NCBI GenBank assembly: GCA_035535055.1
Contig: DATLQT010000108.1
Location: 6,831-70,830, forward strand
Reading direction: 5' to 3'
DNA length: 64,000 nt
Source: Candidatus Dormiibacterota bacterium
Lineage (GTDB): Bacteria; Chloroflexota; Dormibacteria; Dormibacterales; Dormibacteraceae
Shown one piece after another: positions 26,201 to 33,570 of the stretch (its first letter is position 1; every line of letters starts with the position of its first letter). Below the pieces are notes generated by a model, which worked only from the letters and a program-made list of their open reading frames with translations, had not been told where the DNA came from and did not search any database. The translations under genes and the position numbers were made by a program.

Positions 26201-26683
26201 CGCCTGGGCGCGGAGCTGGCCGGCGAGATCGCCGATGGGCTCATCGGCCGAGATGGCGTACTCGAGGATGGGGAGGCTGTTGGTCGAGAAGGTCTGGGCC
26301 GTCGAGGCCGGCGTCGACGGCGGCAGGAAGGGCCGCGCGCGGGCGACGGCCGTGTTCACGTCCTGGAGGGCCGATTTGAGGTCGGTGCCGTCCTTGAAGA
26401 GGACGATGACGAGGGACGAGCCCTGGCTGGAGGTGGACTGCACAGTGTCCACGCCGCTGACTCCCTCGACGGCATTGACGATGGGCACGGTGACCTGGTC
26501 GTCCACGATCCCCGGAGAGGTGCCGGGATCGGGCGTGATGACGATCGCGGCCGGTATGGAGATGTCCGGCAGCAGGTCCTGCTGGACCTGGGTCGCGGCG
26601 AAAATACCCGCGCCGAAGAGGAGCACGACGCCGAGGAGGACGACGACGCCCAGGCGCAGCGAGACGCGGGTCAGAAATGACAT
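23231..26683 (-). CDS. RND efflux transporter permease (AcrB/HAE-like) with a ~100-aa C-terminal extension
   Basis: 1150 aa with a 12-TM RND architecture, two large extracytoplasmic loops and conserved TM4/TM10 regions. No membrane-fusion or outer-membrane partner gene is adjacent. Confidence 0.9.
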   Translation of the reverse strand: MSFLTRVSLRLGVVVLLGVVLLFGAGIFAATQVQQDLLPDISIPAAIVITPDPGTSPGIVDDQVTVPIVNAVEGVSGVDTVQSTSSQGSSLVIVLFKDGTDLKSALQDVNTAVARARPFLPPSTPASTAQTFSTNSLPILEYAISADEPIGDLAGQLRAQALPKLKGLAGVSSVVITGGPTNEVDVTLDPAKLAAHGVGEAQVAAALQQATVVQSVGSLQQGSSTIPLQVSGSLTSIDQIANLTVAPAASLPSAAPAAGRLAPATIGQLGTVAVVSIPADTITRTNGSPSVGLQVLKGPNANTVTVAGEVKNALPSVEAAVGHSVHFESISDQATPITQAIADILQEGLLGALFAILVIFVFLRSARATVVAAVSIPLSLLVALIVLWWQGITLNILTLGGMMVAIGRVVDDSIVVLENISRHVSEGERPLVAAYTGAREITTAVASSTLTTVAVFLPIAFLSGIAGSFFRPFALTVVVALLASLVVAVTVVPLLAARLLPGVPAEGGERRLTYNWMQRVYVPVIRWATGHRLLALVATGAIFAGSMALIPLLRVNLLDQSSSPDFPIAITMPDNSTLAQTDAETRQVESLIRGVAGITAYQATVGSLADPFAPPGTVPANPAQATVLILVQNGQYDTALAGVKRALKGYGGPARVEVGQAQNSSNVSSSQMQVDVRASDPSTLQAANDAVLAALAKVAGISTLKSNLVASKPQYQLVPTPQLDASGLSVQQLVLLVAQDVNGIVATQANLPQGSMSVRVELPLGTADTAALLAGVPVPTAAGIQPLSALATIQLVTGPQSVVRLNGDRDATITGVITGNNTNAVQAAVATALKKVSLPAGTSTSTGGVFAQLSTVLQQFALALLAAIGLVYLIMVATFRSLLKPLVLLVSIPFAATGAIVALVVTNTSLSLPGLIGILMLTGIVVTNAIVLLDLVEQYRDRGLSLDDALIEGGRHRLRPILMTAFATMLALAPLAVTGGGGGVGGAFISRPLAIVVIGGLFTSTFLTLVVVPVLYSLTSRFTGRRSTRDLDELLDQAEDRRFKQLGLRDPAPTAFEVRLLLEPEPGVPGDRKVLEALTENGLEVEPVPGSAKVSIRVLEVPGASQQEAAQRALLEVQRLVPATGYRLSTHEPVADEVGGGHTNGRPATS

Positions 26684-26691
26684 CGGATTTC

Positions 26692-27255
26692 CTAATCCCC
26701 GGCGGACTCGTGGAGCCGTTCGATCAGCAGCAGGCAGAGGTGGCGGAGCTCGGCCAGCTGCTCGGAGCTGAATCCGGCCAGCAGCCTGGCCTGCTGCTCC
26801 AGCATGTCGCGGCGGAGGACTTCGACCCGCTCGACGCCGGCGTCGGTGAGCTGGGCGTGAACCGAACGACGGTCGTTGGCATCGGGGACACGGCGGATGA
26901 GGTCGTCGCGCTCGAGGGTGTCCGCGATGTCGGTGACGGTGCGGGGAACCACGTTGAGCGCCTCCGCCAGCTCTCGTAGCGGGCGGCGCCGGTCGGGGCT
27001 GAAGTAGAGGGCCATGAGGAGCCGGAGCCGGCTCTCGGAAAGACCGTGCCCCTCCGTCCAGCGCTCGGTCGCGGCGTGCACTTGCTTCGCCGCCAGCCTG
27101 AGCGCGGCCAGCGCCTCGAGCTGGGCGACGTCCGTCCCGCCGGCCATGCGGGCGAGCTGATCGCGGAGCACCGGGTCGTGGAGGTGGCCGGTGGCCTCGA
27201 GGACCAGGCGTCCGGTGGGTTCATTCGCGTGGTCCCTCACTGAGTGTTCCTGCAT
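26692..27255 (-). CDS. MarR family transcriptional regulator
   Basis: 187 aa from MQEHS (ATG 27255). MarR wHTH pattern (LSESRLRLLMALYF...RPLRELAEALNVVPRTVTDIADTLERDDLIRR...DRRSVHAQLTDAG). It lies 9 bp upstream of the RND gene. Confidence 0.8.
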   Translation of the reverse strand: MQEHSVRDHANEPTGRLVLEATGHLHDPVLRDQLARMAGGTDVAQLEALAALRLAAKQVHAATERWTEGHGLSESRLRLLMALYFSPDRRRPLRELAEALNVVPRTVTDIADTLERDDLIRRVPDANDRRSVHAQLTDAGVERVEVLRRDMLEQQARLLAGFSSEQLAELRHLCLLLIERLHESAGD

Positions 27256-27315
27256 TATGAGGCGCCTCGGTATATCGACGGGACCTGGTGCTTGCGGACC
27301 GACAAGGTCGGCGAT

Positions 27316-27355
27316 CAAAGAACTGGCCGGTCGCAACCCGGTGCGGCCGGCCAGT
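27316..27355 (-). terminator. Rho-independent terminator after flp-1
   Basis: On the minus strand: ACTGGCCGGCCGCA-ccgggt-TGCGACCGGCCAGT (13 of 14 bp) followed by TCTTTG. It begins 24 nt after the flp-1 stop codon. Confidence 0.6.
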
Positions 27356-27378
27356 GAACTTCGTATTGGCTTGGGGCG

Positions 27379-27540
27379 TCAGGCGTTGAGCGCGGCCACC
27401 ACGTTCGAGAACACGTTGGAGATCTGCCCGCCCATCGTAAGAAGAATGACGATGACGACGATCGAGACGAGAACGAGGATCAGGGCGTATTCGACCATTC
27501 CCTGCCCCTTCTGCCGGTCAGATGACGTAATTCGCTGCAT
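27379..27540 (-). CDS. flp: Flp family type IVb pilin (53 aa, missed by the ORF track)
   Basis: MQRITSSDRQKGQG/MVEYALILVLVSIVVIVILLTMGGQISNVFSNVVAALNA shows the Flp prepilin motif G/xxxxEY plus a hydrophobic helix. GGGGAGGTG RBS 10 nt upstream, and its own terminator. Confidence 0.8.
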   Translation of the reverse strand: MQRITSSDRQKGQGMVEYALILVLVSIVVIVILLTMGGQISNVFSNVVAALNA

Positions 27541-27636
27541 GTCTGAAATTCACCTCCCCTCAGCACGCTGAACTTGATGGCGCCATTCAGCCACACGCAG
27601 ATGTACCGGAGATGAACGCCATCTGGCCCCTCGCTA

Positions 27637-29037
27637 TCAGGCCCCCGAGGAGGGAAGGCGGACCACCACCTGGGTGCCCCCCGGCTCGCCGGGATCGGCG
27701 ATCTCGATGCTGCCTCGGTGCAGCTGCACGATGGCCCAGCAGAGCGAGAGGCCGAGACCGGCGCCGTGGGGGCCGCGTTCGCGGGCCGAATCCACGCGGT
27801 AGAAGCGTTCGAAGACGTGCTTGCGGGCCCCCGCCGGGATGCCGGGCCCGGTGTCGGTGACGGTCAGCGTCCAGCCGTTCCTGGCCGATTTCGCAGCGAG
27901 GGTGACCCTGCCGCCGGCCGGGGTATGCCGGAGAGCGTTGTCGATCAGGTTGTCGAGGAGCCGGCCGAGCAGGTCGCGATCGGCCCGGATGACGCCCGAC
28001 GAGGGCGCCACGGCGACCAGCTCGACCGGCTTCGCGTCGGCCACCGTGCGCCAGCGACCGACGGTCTCCTCCACCAGGTCGGGCACATCGCAGGGGCCGC
28101 CGGCGACGCGCAGCTCGCCGGCGTCCGCCCGGGCCAGAAGCAACAGCTGGTCAGCCGTCCGGCTGAGTCGCTGGATCTCCACCAGGAGGGCCCGGTGGCT
28201 CTTCCGGTACTCGGCCGCGGTGCGCGGCTGGCGCATCGTCACCTCGACCTGGGAGCGCATGATCGCAAGCGGCGCCCGGAGCTCGTGGGCCGCGTCCGCC
28301 GTGAATCTCTGCTGCGTCTCCAGGTACGACTCCAGTCTGCCGAGCATCGCGTTGAAGGTGGTCACCAGCTCCCCGAGCTCGTCGTCGGGCGGAATGTCGA
28401 AGGCCAGGCGCTGGTGAAGGTCGCGCTCGCCGATGTCGCGCGCGGCGACGGAGATCTCGCGGATCGGCACCAGGGCCAGACCGGCCAGGCGCCAGGCGAG
28501 CAGGCTGACGATCAGCTGGACGACCAGCACTCCGCTCACCAGCAGGATGGCGATCCGGTTGAGCCGGTTCTGCAGCTCCTGGATCGGGCGGGCCACGACC
28601 AGCCCGCCTTTGCTGCCGTCGGGGATCGTAATTACCCGCGTCAGGATCCGTATCTCGCTGCCGTTGATGCGGACGTTGGCGATCAGGGCGTGTGCCGGGA
28701 ACCCGGACTGCATCGCCCAGGCGATTACCGGCCCGGTCTCGAAGTCGGCCTGGTCGTGGGAGAGGATCCGACCCGAGCTGTTGACGACATAGCTGTCCAT
28801 GCCGACCCCGCGGGGGTTGCCGGGAGGCAGTACCGGGATCGTCGAGTCGCTCGTCGACTGAGCGACGATCGCCCTCACCAGGTCGGCCTGACCGCGAAGC
28901 GACTGGTCTACCGTCGCGTACTCGTAGAGCGAGTCGGACGTCCAGAAGGCGGTGACGGCGGCGCCCGCCACGGCCAGGAAGAGCAGGGAGAAGACGAACG
29001 CCAGCCGGGCCTGCGTCCGCCTGGTGAAGGTGCGCAC
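27637..29037 (-). CDS. Sensor histidine kinase (2 TM, HAMP, HisKA, HATPase_c)
   Basis: 466 aa with H-box AAHELRAPL, N-box DNLIDNALRH and G-boxes DTGPGI / GAGLGL. Confidence 0.9.
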   Translation of the reverse strand: MRTFTRRTQARLAFVFSLLFLAVAGAAVTAFWTSDSLYEYATVDQSLRGQADLVRAIVAQSTSDSTIPVLPPGNPRGVGMDSYVVNSSGRILSHDQADFETGPVIAWAMQSGFPAHALIANVRINGSEIRILTRVITIPDGSKGGLVVARPIQELQNRLNRIAILLVSGVLVVQLIVSLLAWRLAGLALVPIREISVAARDIGERDLHQRLAFDIPPDDELGELVTTFNAMLGRLESYLETQQRFTADAAHELRAPLAIMRSQVEVTMRQPRTAAEYRKSHRALLVEIQRLSRTADQLLLLARADAGELRVAGGPCDVPDLVEETVGRWRTVADAKPVELVAVAPSSGVIRADRDLLGRLLDNLIDNALRHTPAGGRVTLAAKSARNGWTLTVTDTGPGIPAGARKHVFERFYRVDSARERGPHGAGLGLSLCWAIVQLHRGSIEIADPGEPGGTQVVVRLPSSGA

Positions 29038-29056
29038 GAACCCCGCCTGCCCTCTT

Positions 29057-29728
29057 CTAGCCGCTGTTGAACCGGTAGCCGCCGTGGCGGACGGTGCTGA
29101 TGGCGTCCTCGAGGCCGGCCTCGGCCAGCTTCCTGCGCAGCCGCCCGATGTATACGTCGACCAGATTCGATTCCCCGGGAAAGTCGAGCCCCCACACGTG
29201 CTCGGCGATCTGGCCGCGGTCGAGGAGGCGGTCTCGGTTGTGGACCAAGAACTCCAGCAGGGCGTACTCCTTCATGGTCAGGTCGAGCTGCCGGTCGCCG
29301 ACGCTCGCGCTCGAGGCTATGGTGTCCACCCGCAGGGAGCCCGCGACCAGGAGGGCCGATCGGTCCATCAGGTGTCGGCGCGCGAGGGCACGGACCCGCG
29401 CCAGGAACTCCTCGAAGGCGAAGGGCTTGGTCAGGTAGTCGTCGGCGCCGGACTCGAGGCCATGGATCCGGTCGCTCACCTGGTCGCGGGAGGTCAGCAT
29501 CAGGATCGGAACCGCGATCTTCCGGCGGCGCAGCTCGGAGCTCACGGCGAACCCGTCCTGCCCCGGAATCATCACATCGAGGGAGATGACGTCGTAGGAC
29601 TGGGTCATCGCCGCCGTTGTCGCCTCCTCGCCGGTGCGGACGACGTCGACGATCATCCCGTCTTCCTCCAGGCCCTGCTGGAGGAGCTCGGCGAGGCGGC
29701 TGTCGTCCTCAACCACCAGGACCCGCAT
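29057..29728 (-). CDS. OmpR-family response regulator
   Basis: 223 aa with a REC domain (VVEDD...LDVMIPGQDG...LMLTSRD) plus the Trans_reg_C wHTH. Confidence 0.9.
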   Translation of the reverse strand: MRVLVVEDDSRLAELLQQGLEEDGMIVDVVRTGEEATTAAMTQSYDVISLDVMIPGQDGFAVSSELRRRKIAVPILMLTSRDQVSDRIHGLESGADDYLTKPFAFEEFLARVRALARRHLMDRSALLVAGSLRVDTIASSASVGDRQLDLTMKEYALLEFLVHNRDRLLDRGQIAEHVWGLDFPGESNLVDVYIGRLRRKLAEAGLEDAISTVRHGGYRFNSG

Positions 29729-29814
29729 GGCGAGGGCAATGTTCGCTCACAATCCCGGGCCCGGTGGCTCCGGTCGGGTATTGAGGCCCGCGGCGGCCGG
29801 CTGCGAGGCTGGCT

Positions 29815-30306
29815 TTAGGTTGCCTCCGGCCGGGTGGCGATCCCCGCGCTGTCGAGCAGGCTGAGGATCACCTTGGCGTCGGCGAGGAGGCGGCCGGGGT
29901 CGTTGCGCAATGCCTTCGCCAGGCGGCGGACGCGACGCTGCTCGCGAACCGCGATCCCGAAGCAGAGCAGGGATAAGAACCCTCCCGAGGCCGCCACCGC
30001 GGTCAGGATGACGAGTCCGGTCGTCCCGAAGGAGTCGCCGCTCAAGAGGGCGGCCAGGGCTGTCAGGAAGGCACCGAAGGCGATGCCGAAAAATGTCCAG
30101 ACGAGCGATCCGCCGTGGTTCTCGAGCTGCTCCAGCTCGTCTGAGCTGATGCCGTAGACCTGGATCCGGCGGGAGGGGTAGGCGATCGCGGGGGCTGCCA
30201 GGGACGGCGGCTCGATGGCCGTTGCGGACGCGGATGCGGCGGACGCGGATGCGGCGGGCGCGGATGCGGCGGGCGCGGACGCTGGCGCGAGGGCGGTGTC
30301 TTTCAT
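29815..30306 (-). CDS. Hypothetical two-TM membrane protein with an Ala/Ser-repeat N-terminus
   Basis: 163 aa from MKDTAL (ATG 30306). No recognisable family. First gene of the apparent TM protein-RR-HK unit. Confidence 0.5.
   Translation of the reverse strand: MKDTALAPASAPAASAPAASASAASASATAIEPPSLAAPAIAYPSRRIQVYGISSDELEQLENHGGSLVWTFFGIAFGAFLTALAALLSGDSFGTTGLVILTAVAASGGFLSLLCFGIAVREQRRVRRLAKALRNDPGRLLADAKVILSLLDSAGIATRPEAT
30227..30286. repeat. 15-nt tandem repeat (~4 units) encoding the (A-A-S-A-S/P) repeat
   Basis: gacgcggatgcggcg x2, ggcgcggatgcggcg, ggcgcggacgctggc, all in frame inside ORF 29815-30306. Confidence 0.7.
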
Positions 30307-30398
30307 TTGGCGGCCAATCCTAGGCGCAACCCGGCTCCAGATCAGGGGCGGACGCCATCGTTCGAGGGCCAACCGGCACACTGGAACTCGCCGGAAGA

Positions 30399-31919
30399 AT
30401 GGAGACGAAGCTGGCGGGATATCGGCAGGCCCGGAACTGGTGGGGGCCGGTCGCCATGGTGGGGGCGATAGTGCTCGTTCGCCTGCCCGGCCTTTCGGAG
30501 CCGGCATGGGGATCCGATGACGGGTTCTTCACCGCCATCGGGCTCCTGACCTCGAAGGGCGTTCCGCTCTACGCCGGCGTCTTTGACGCCCACCCGCCGG
30601 TCATCTACTGGCTCTACCGGCTGCTGGTCGAGCTCGGCGCCGTCCAGCACCACGTCCTGACGCAGCTGGTGGCGCTGCTGGCGACCCTTGCCGCCGCCCT
30701 CCTCACCTACGCCGTCGCGGTCCGCGTCAGCCCGCGCTCGACGGCCCTGCTGGCGGGCACTGTGACCGGCCTTGTGCTCTCGATCCCGACCCTCGACGGC
30801 GACCTCCTCAACGTGGAGCTGGTCGCCCTGCCGCTGTTCCTCGGGTCGCTCTACCTCGCCTTCAGCCACCGGGCGCCGGCGCTCGCGATCTCCGGCCTGC
30901 TGCTGGCTCTCGCCTATGCCACCCGGCCCTCATTCGCCATCGATTCGCTGGCGCTGGCGGTGCCCCTGCTGGCCGGGGATGACCGCGTCCGCCGGGTCGC
31001 GGCGGTCGGGCTGGGCGGCGTCGCCGGCCTGGCCGCCGTTGCCGGTGGTCTGTGGCTCGAAGGATCGCTGGCGGCCTACGTCAACGTCGTGATGCCGGCC
31101 GACCAAGCCTACGTCACCTGGTCGAACGAGGGCACGATCTGGCCCCTGGTCGTCAGGCTGGCCATCCTCGTCCTGGTCGGTGGCGCCGTGTTCTGGCGGG
31201 TGCGCGGCACGGCCGCCCGGCTGGCCACGGTCTGGCTCTTCGCCAGCGTCGCCGGCAGCTCGATCACCCCCCGCGAGATCACCCACTACGCGCACGAGGC
31301 GATCCCCGCCATCGCCTTCGCCGTCGCGCTGCTCGTCGCCCGCCTGCCGAGCAGGGGCTGGCGAATCCCCGCCTACGCGCTGGCGGTGGTCGCGGTGGTG
31401 TTCGCGGTGGAGATGGTCCTCTACCTGCCCGGCGCCCAGACCTCGCTGCAGTCGGGGTTGCCGCCCAAAGACCTCTACCCAAACTTCGCCTGGACGGCGC
31501 TGCCTCGTTACTACGCCAACTGGTTCGAATACGCGGCCGGCACCCGAGACTGGACCCGGTACTCCCGCGAATTTCCCGGCTCGGCCACGACCGACGCCGC
31601 CGAGGCGCGCACCCTGAGGTCGCTCTTCGGCTCGTCGCCGCTCCTCCTCACCGTGCTCGGCGACCGACCCTGGCTCTTCGTCGACAGCGGGGCCCTGCCG
31701 GCCAGCCATTTCATCGCGACCAACAGCGCGTTTTGGCAGGTGAAGGGAGAGCCGGATGGGCTGGCCGCTCAGATCCGGTCCGGCTGCGCGGGCGTGATCG
31801 TCGTCGAGAGCGGCTCCGGCAACTGGGGGGATGACCTCAGAGCGGGCGGCTATCAGCGGTTACCGGGCACTCCCTGGGCGACCTATGTGACCACCCGGCC
31901 TACCACCACCTGCCATTGA
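30399..31919 (+). CDS. GT-C fold glycosyltransferase (ArnT/PMT_2, GT39/83-like) membrane protein
   Basis: 506 aa with ~11 TM segments, an acidic first-loop motif (WGSDDGFF) and a C-terminal soluble domain. Confidence 0.6.
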   Translation: METKLAGYRQARNWWGPVAMVGAIVLVRLPGLSEPAWGSDDGFFTAIGLLTSKGVPLYAGVFDAHPPVIYWLYRLLVELGAVQHHVLTQLVALLATLAAALLTYAVAVRVSPRSTALLAGTVTGLVLSIPTLDGDLLNVELVALPLFLGSLYLAFSHRAPALAISGLLLALAYATRPSFAIDSLALAVPLLAGDDRVRRVAAVGLGGVAGLAAVAGGLWLEGSLAAYVNVVMPADQAYVTWSNEGTIWPLVVRLAILVLVGGAVFWRVRGTAARLATVWLFASVAGSSITPREITHYAHEAIPAIAFAVALLVARLPSRGWRIPAYALAVVAVVFAVEMVLYLPGAQTSLQSGLPPKDLYPNFAWTALPRYYANWFEYAAGTRDWTRYSREFPGSATTDAAEARTLRSLFGSSPLLLTVLGDRPWLFVDSGALPASHFIATNSAFWQVKGEPDGLAAQIRSGCAGVIVVESGSGNWGDDLRAGGYQRLPGTPWATYVTTRPTTTCH

Positions 31920-31937
31920 GAACCGCCTCCGTCCGTG

Positions 31938-31951
31938 CGAACATCTGTTTG
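31938..31951. promoter_or_regulatory. SOS (LexA) box-like site at the dinB start
   Basis: CGAAC-atct-GTTTG compared with the Gram-positive/actinobacterial consensus CGAAC-N4-GTTCG (9 of 10 positions). It overlaps the annotated GTG of dinB. Confidence 0.45.
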
Positions 31952-33225
31952 TGAATGAACTCGAGGGCGCAGACAAGCTCGGTCTGAACTCCGCCCCGCC
32001 AACCACCCTGGTGGTCGACCTCAATTGCGCCTTCGCCTCGATCGAGCAGCAGCACGAGCCCTCGCTGCGCGGTCGGCCGCTGGCGATCGCCGCCTACGCG
32101 ACCGACGCGGCGACCATCGTCTCCTCCTCGCGGGAGGCGCGCGACCTCGGGATCAAGACCGGGATGCGCGTCTTCGAAGCCCGCGCCATCTTCCCGGCGG
32201 TGGAGGTGAGAGAGCCCAATCCGCCCCGCTATCGGGCCGTCTCCGACCAATTGATCGAGATCATGGAACGGCACGGGCCCGAGGTGCTCCGGATGTCGAT
32301 CGACGAAGCGTCGATGAGCCTGCGGGGGACGCCCGACCTCGCGCTGCTGGGCGCCGAGGGCGTGGGTCGCGCGATCAAGGCCGCCCTCTTTCGGGAAGTC
32401 GGGGAGTGCGTCACCTGCTCGGTGGGCATCTCGACCTCGATCTGGATGGCCAAGCAGGCCTCCAACTTGGACAAGCGCGACGGCCTCGAGCGGATCGATC
32501 ACAGCAACCTTGTCGATGTCTTCCGCAAATTGAAGCTCACCGATCTCTCGGGCATTGCCGAGGCGACCGCCGCCCACCTGGCGACGGCCGGCATCAAGAC
32601 CCCGCTCGACTTCCTCTTCGCCACTCCAGAGCGGCTCCGGCTGGCGGGAATGCACGAGAAGGTCGCCGACATGTGGCTTCGCCGCCTTCGTGGCTTCGAG
32701 GCGGGCGGCTTCGAGGGAATCCGCCGGAAGAGCTACAGCCATTCCCACGTGATGGCCCGTGCCACCCGCGCCCAGCGCCCGCTCGAGGAGCTGCTGATGC
32801 GGCTTTCGGAGATGGTCGGGCGCCGGCTCCGCGCAGGCGGCCGGGGCGCCTCGATCGTTTCGGTCGGCATCGTCTACCGGCCCGACAGCGGCCACTTCTC
32901 GAGGCAGGCCAAGCAGCCGCATCCGGTCGCGACGGGCGATCAGATTTATCGCGCGGCGTTGCCGCTCATGGCCGCCCGCGACCCGGCCCAGCCGGTCGGC
33001 ACGCTGGGGGTCGGCGTCAGCGGCCTGACGGATCCCCAGAGCAGCCAGCTCGACCTCTTCGCGGAGCGCCGCGACGAGCGGCTGGAGACCGCGATGGACG
33101 CCATCCGCGACCGTTTCGGTGAGGACGCCGTCCAGCGGGCGAGGCTTCTGGGCCGGGCCCGGGTGGTCCGCGACCGGATCGCCTTCGGCAACACCGGCCA
33201 TCCCGACGACGGGCCGCAGGACTGA
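31951..33225 (+). CDS. dinB: DNA polymerase IV (Y-family)
   Basis: 424 aa with VVDLNCAFASIEQ, SIDEA and the Y-family palm/fingers/little-finger order. The start could be a downstream GTG. Confidence 0.9.
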   Translation: MNELEGADKLGLNSAPPTTLVVDLNCAFASIEQQHEPSLRGRPLAIAAYATDAATIVSSSREARDLGIKTGMRVFEARAIFPAVEVREPNPPRYRAVSDQLIEIMERHGPEVLRMSIDEASMSLRGTPDLALLGAEGVGRAIKAALFREVGECVTCSVGISTSIWMAKQASNLDKRDGLERIDHSNLVDVFRKLKLTDLSGIAEATAAHLATAGIKTPLDFLFATPERLRLAGMHEKVADMWLRRLRGFEAGGFEGIRRKSYSHSHVMARATRAQRPLEELLMRLSEMVGRRLRAGGRGASIVSVGIVYRPDSGHFSRQAKQPHPVATGDQIYRAALPLMAARDPAQPVGTLGVGVSGLTDPQSSQLDLFAERRDERLETAMDAIRDRFGEDAVQRARLLGRARVVRDRIAFGNTGHPDDGPQD

Positions 33226-33257
33226 ACTTCGATCAGCCGGACGCTCTCGCGCGTTGT

Positions 33258-33479
33258 ATGGTCCGAATCGGCATGATCCTCAAGCCTCCTTCTTCAACTT
33301 CCCTCCGTTCACCGCGGGGCCGCGTCCGCCTTCAGCTGGGCCAGGGCATGGTCGAGTACGCCCTGATCCTGGTCATGGTCTCGGTGGTCGTCATCGTGAT
33401 CCTCATCACCCAGGGCGGGACCATGGTGAACATGTTTTCCAACATCTCCACCACCCTCCATAACCAGGCCCACATGTAG
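33258..33479 (+). CDS. flp: Flp family type IVb pilin (second copy)
   Basis: ...LQLGQG/MVEYALILVMVSVVVIVILITQGGTMVNMFSNISTTL. The core is close to flp-1. The leader is unusually long if ATG 33258 or 33273 is used. It lies 33 nt after the dinB stop codon. Confidence 0.75.
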   Translation: MVRIGMILKPPSSTSLRSPRGRVRLQLGQGMVEYALILVMVSVVVIVILITQGGTMVNMFSNISTTLHNQAHM

Positions 33480-33533
33480 CCCACCACCGGCTCGGCGGAG
33501 CCGCATCCGGCAGATCGTCCGCAAGGTCGGAAT

Positions 33534-33562
33534 CGATAGGCTTAGATAGATTTCGTCATAAT
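33534..33562 (+). promoter_or_regulatory. Candidate promoter giving a leaderless transcript for the HTH-hem operon
   Basis: CATAAT (33557-62) lies 8 nt before GTG 33571 in a locally AT-rich stretch. There is a weak -35 (TCGATA/CGATAG) 17-18 nt upstream. Confidence 0.35.
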
Positions 33563-33570
33563 TCGCGGCT

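Noticed and set aside
24704-26680. Long antisense ORFs opposite well-supported genes, including 24704-26680(+), 35386-36891(-), 11958-13211(-), 38237-39580(-), 44940-46478(-), 60477-62732(-) and 19688-20758(+).
   Set aside because: Their translations are Arg/Gly/Pro/Asp-rich with no domain pattern, which is typical of GC-rich shadow frames. Each lies fully opposite a gene with clear family motifs.
30227-30286. Short direct repeats that could suggest a CRISPR-like or minisatellite array.
   Set aside because: The unit is only 15 nt and there are no spacers. The repeats are in frame and encode an Ala/Ser low-complexity tract.
27379-33479. The inverted flp copies as ends of a composite transposon or mobile island.
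   Set aside because: There is no transposase, integrase, recombinase, tRNA target or direct-repeat flank. The internal genes have the same GC content and codon style as the rest of the window.
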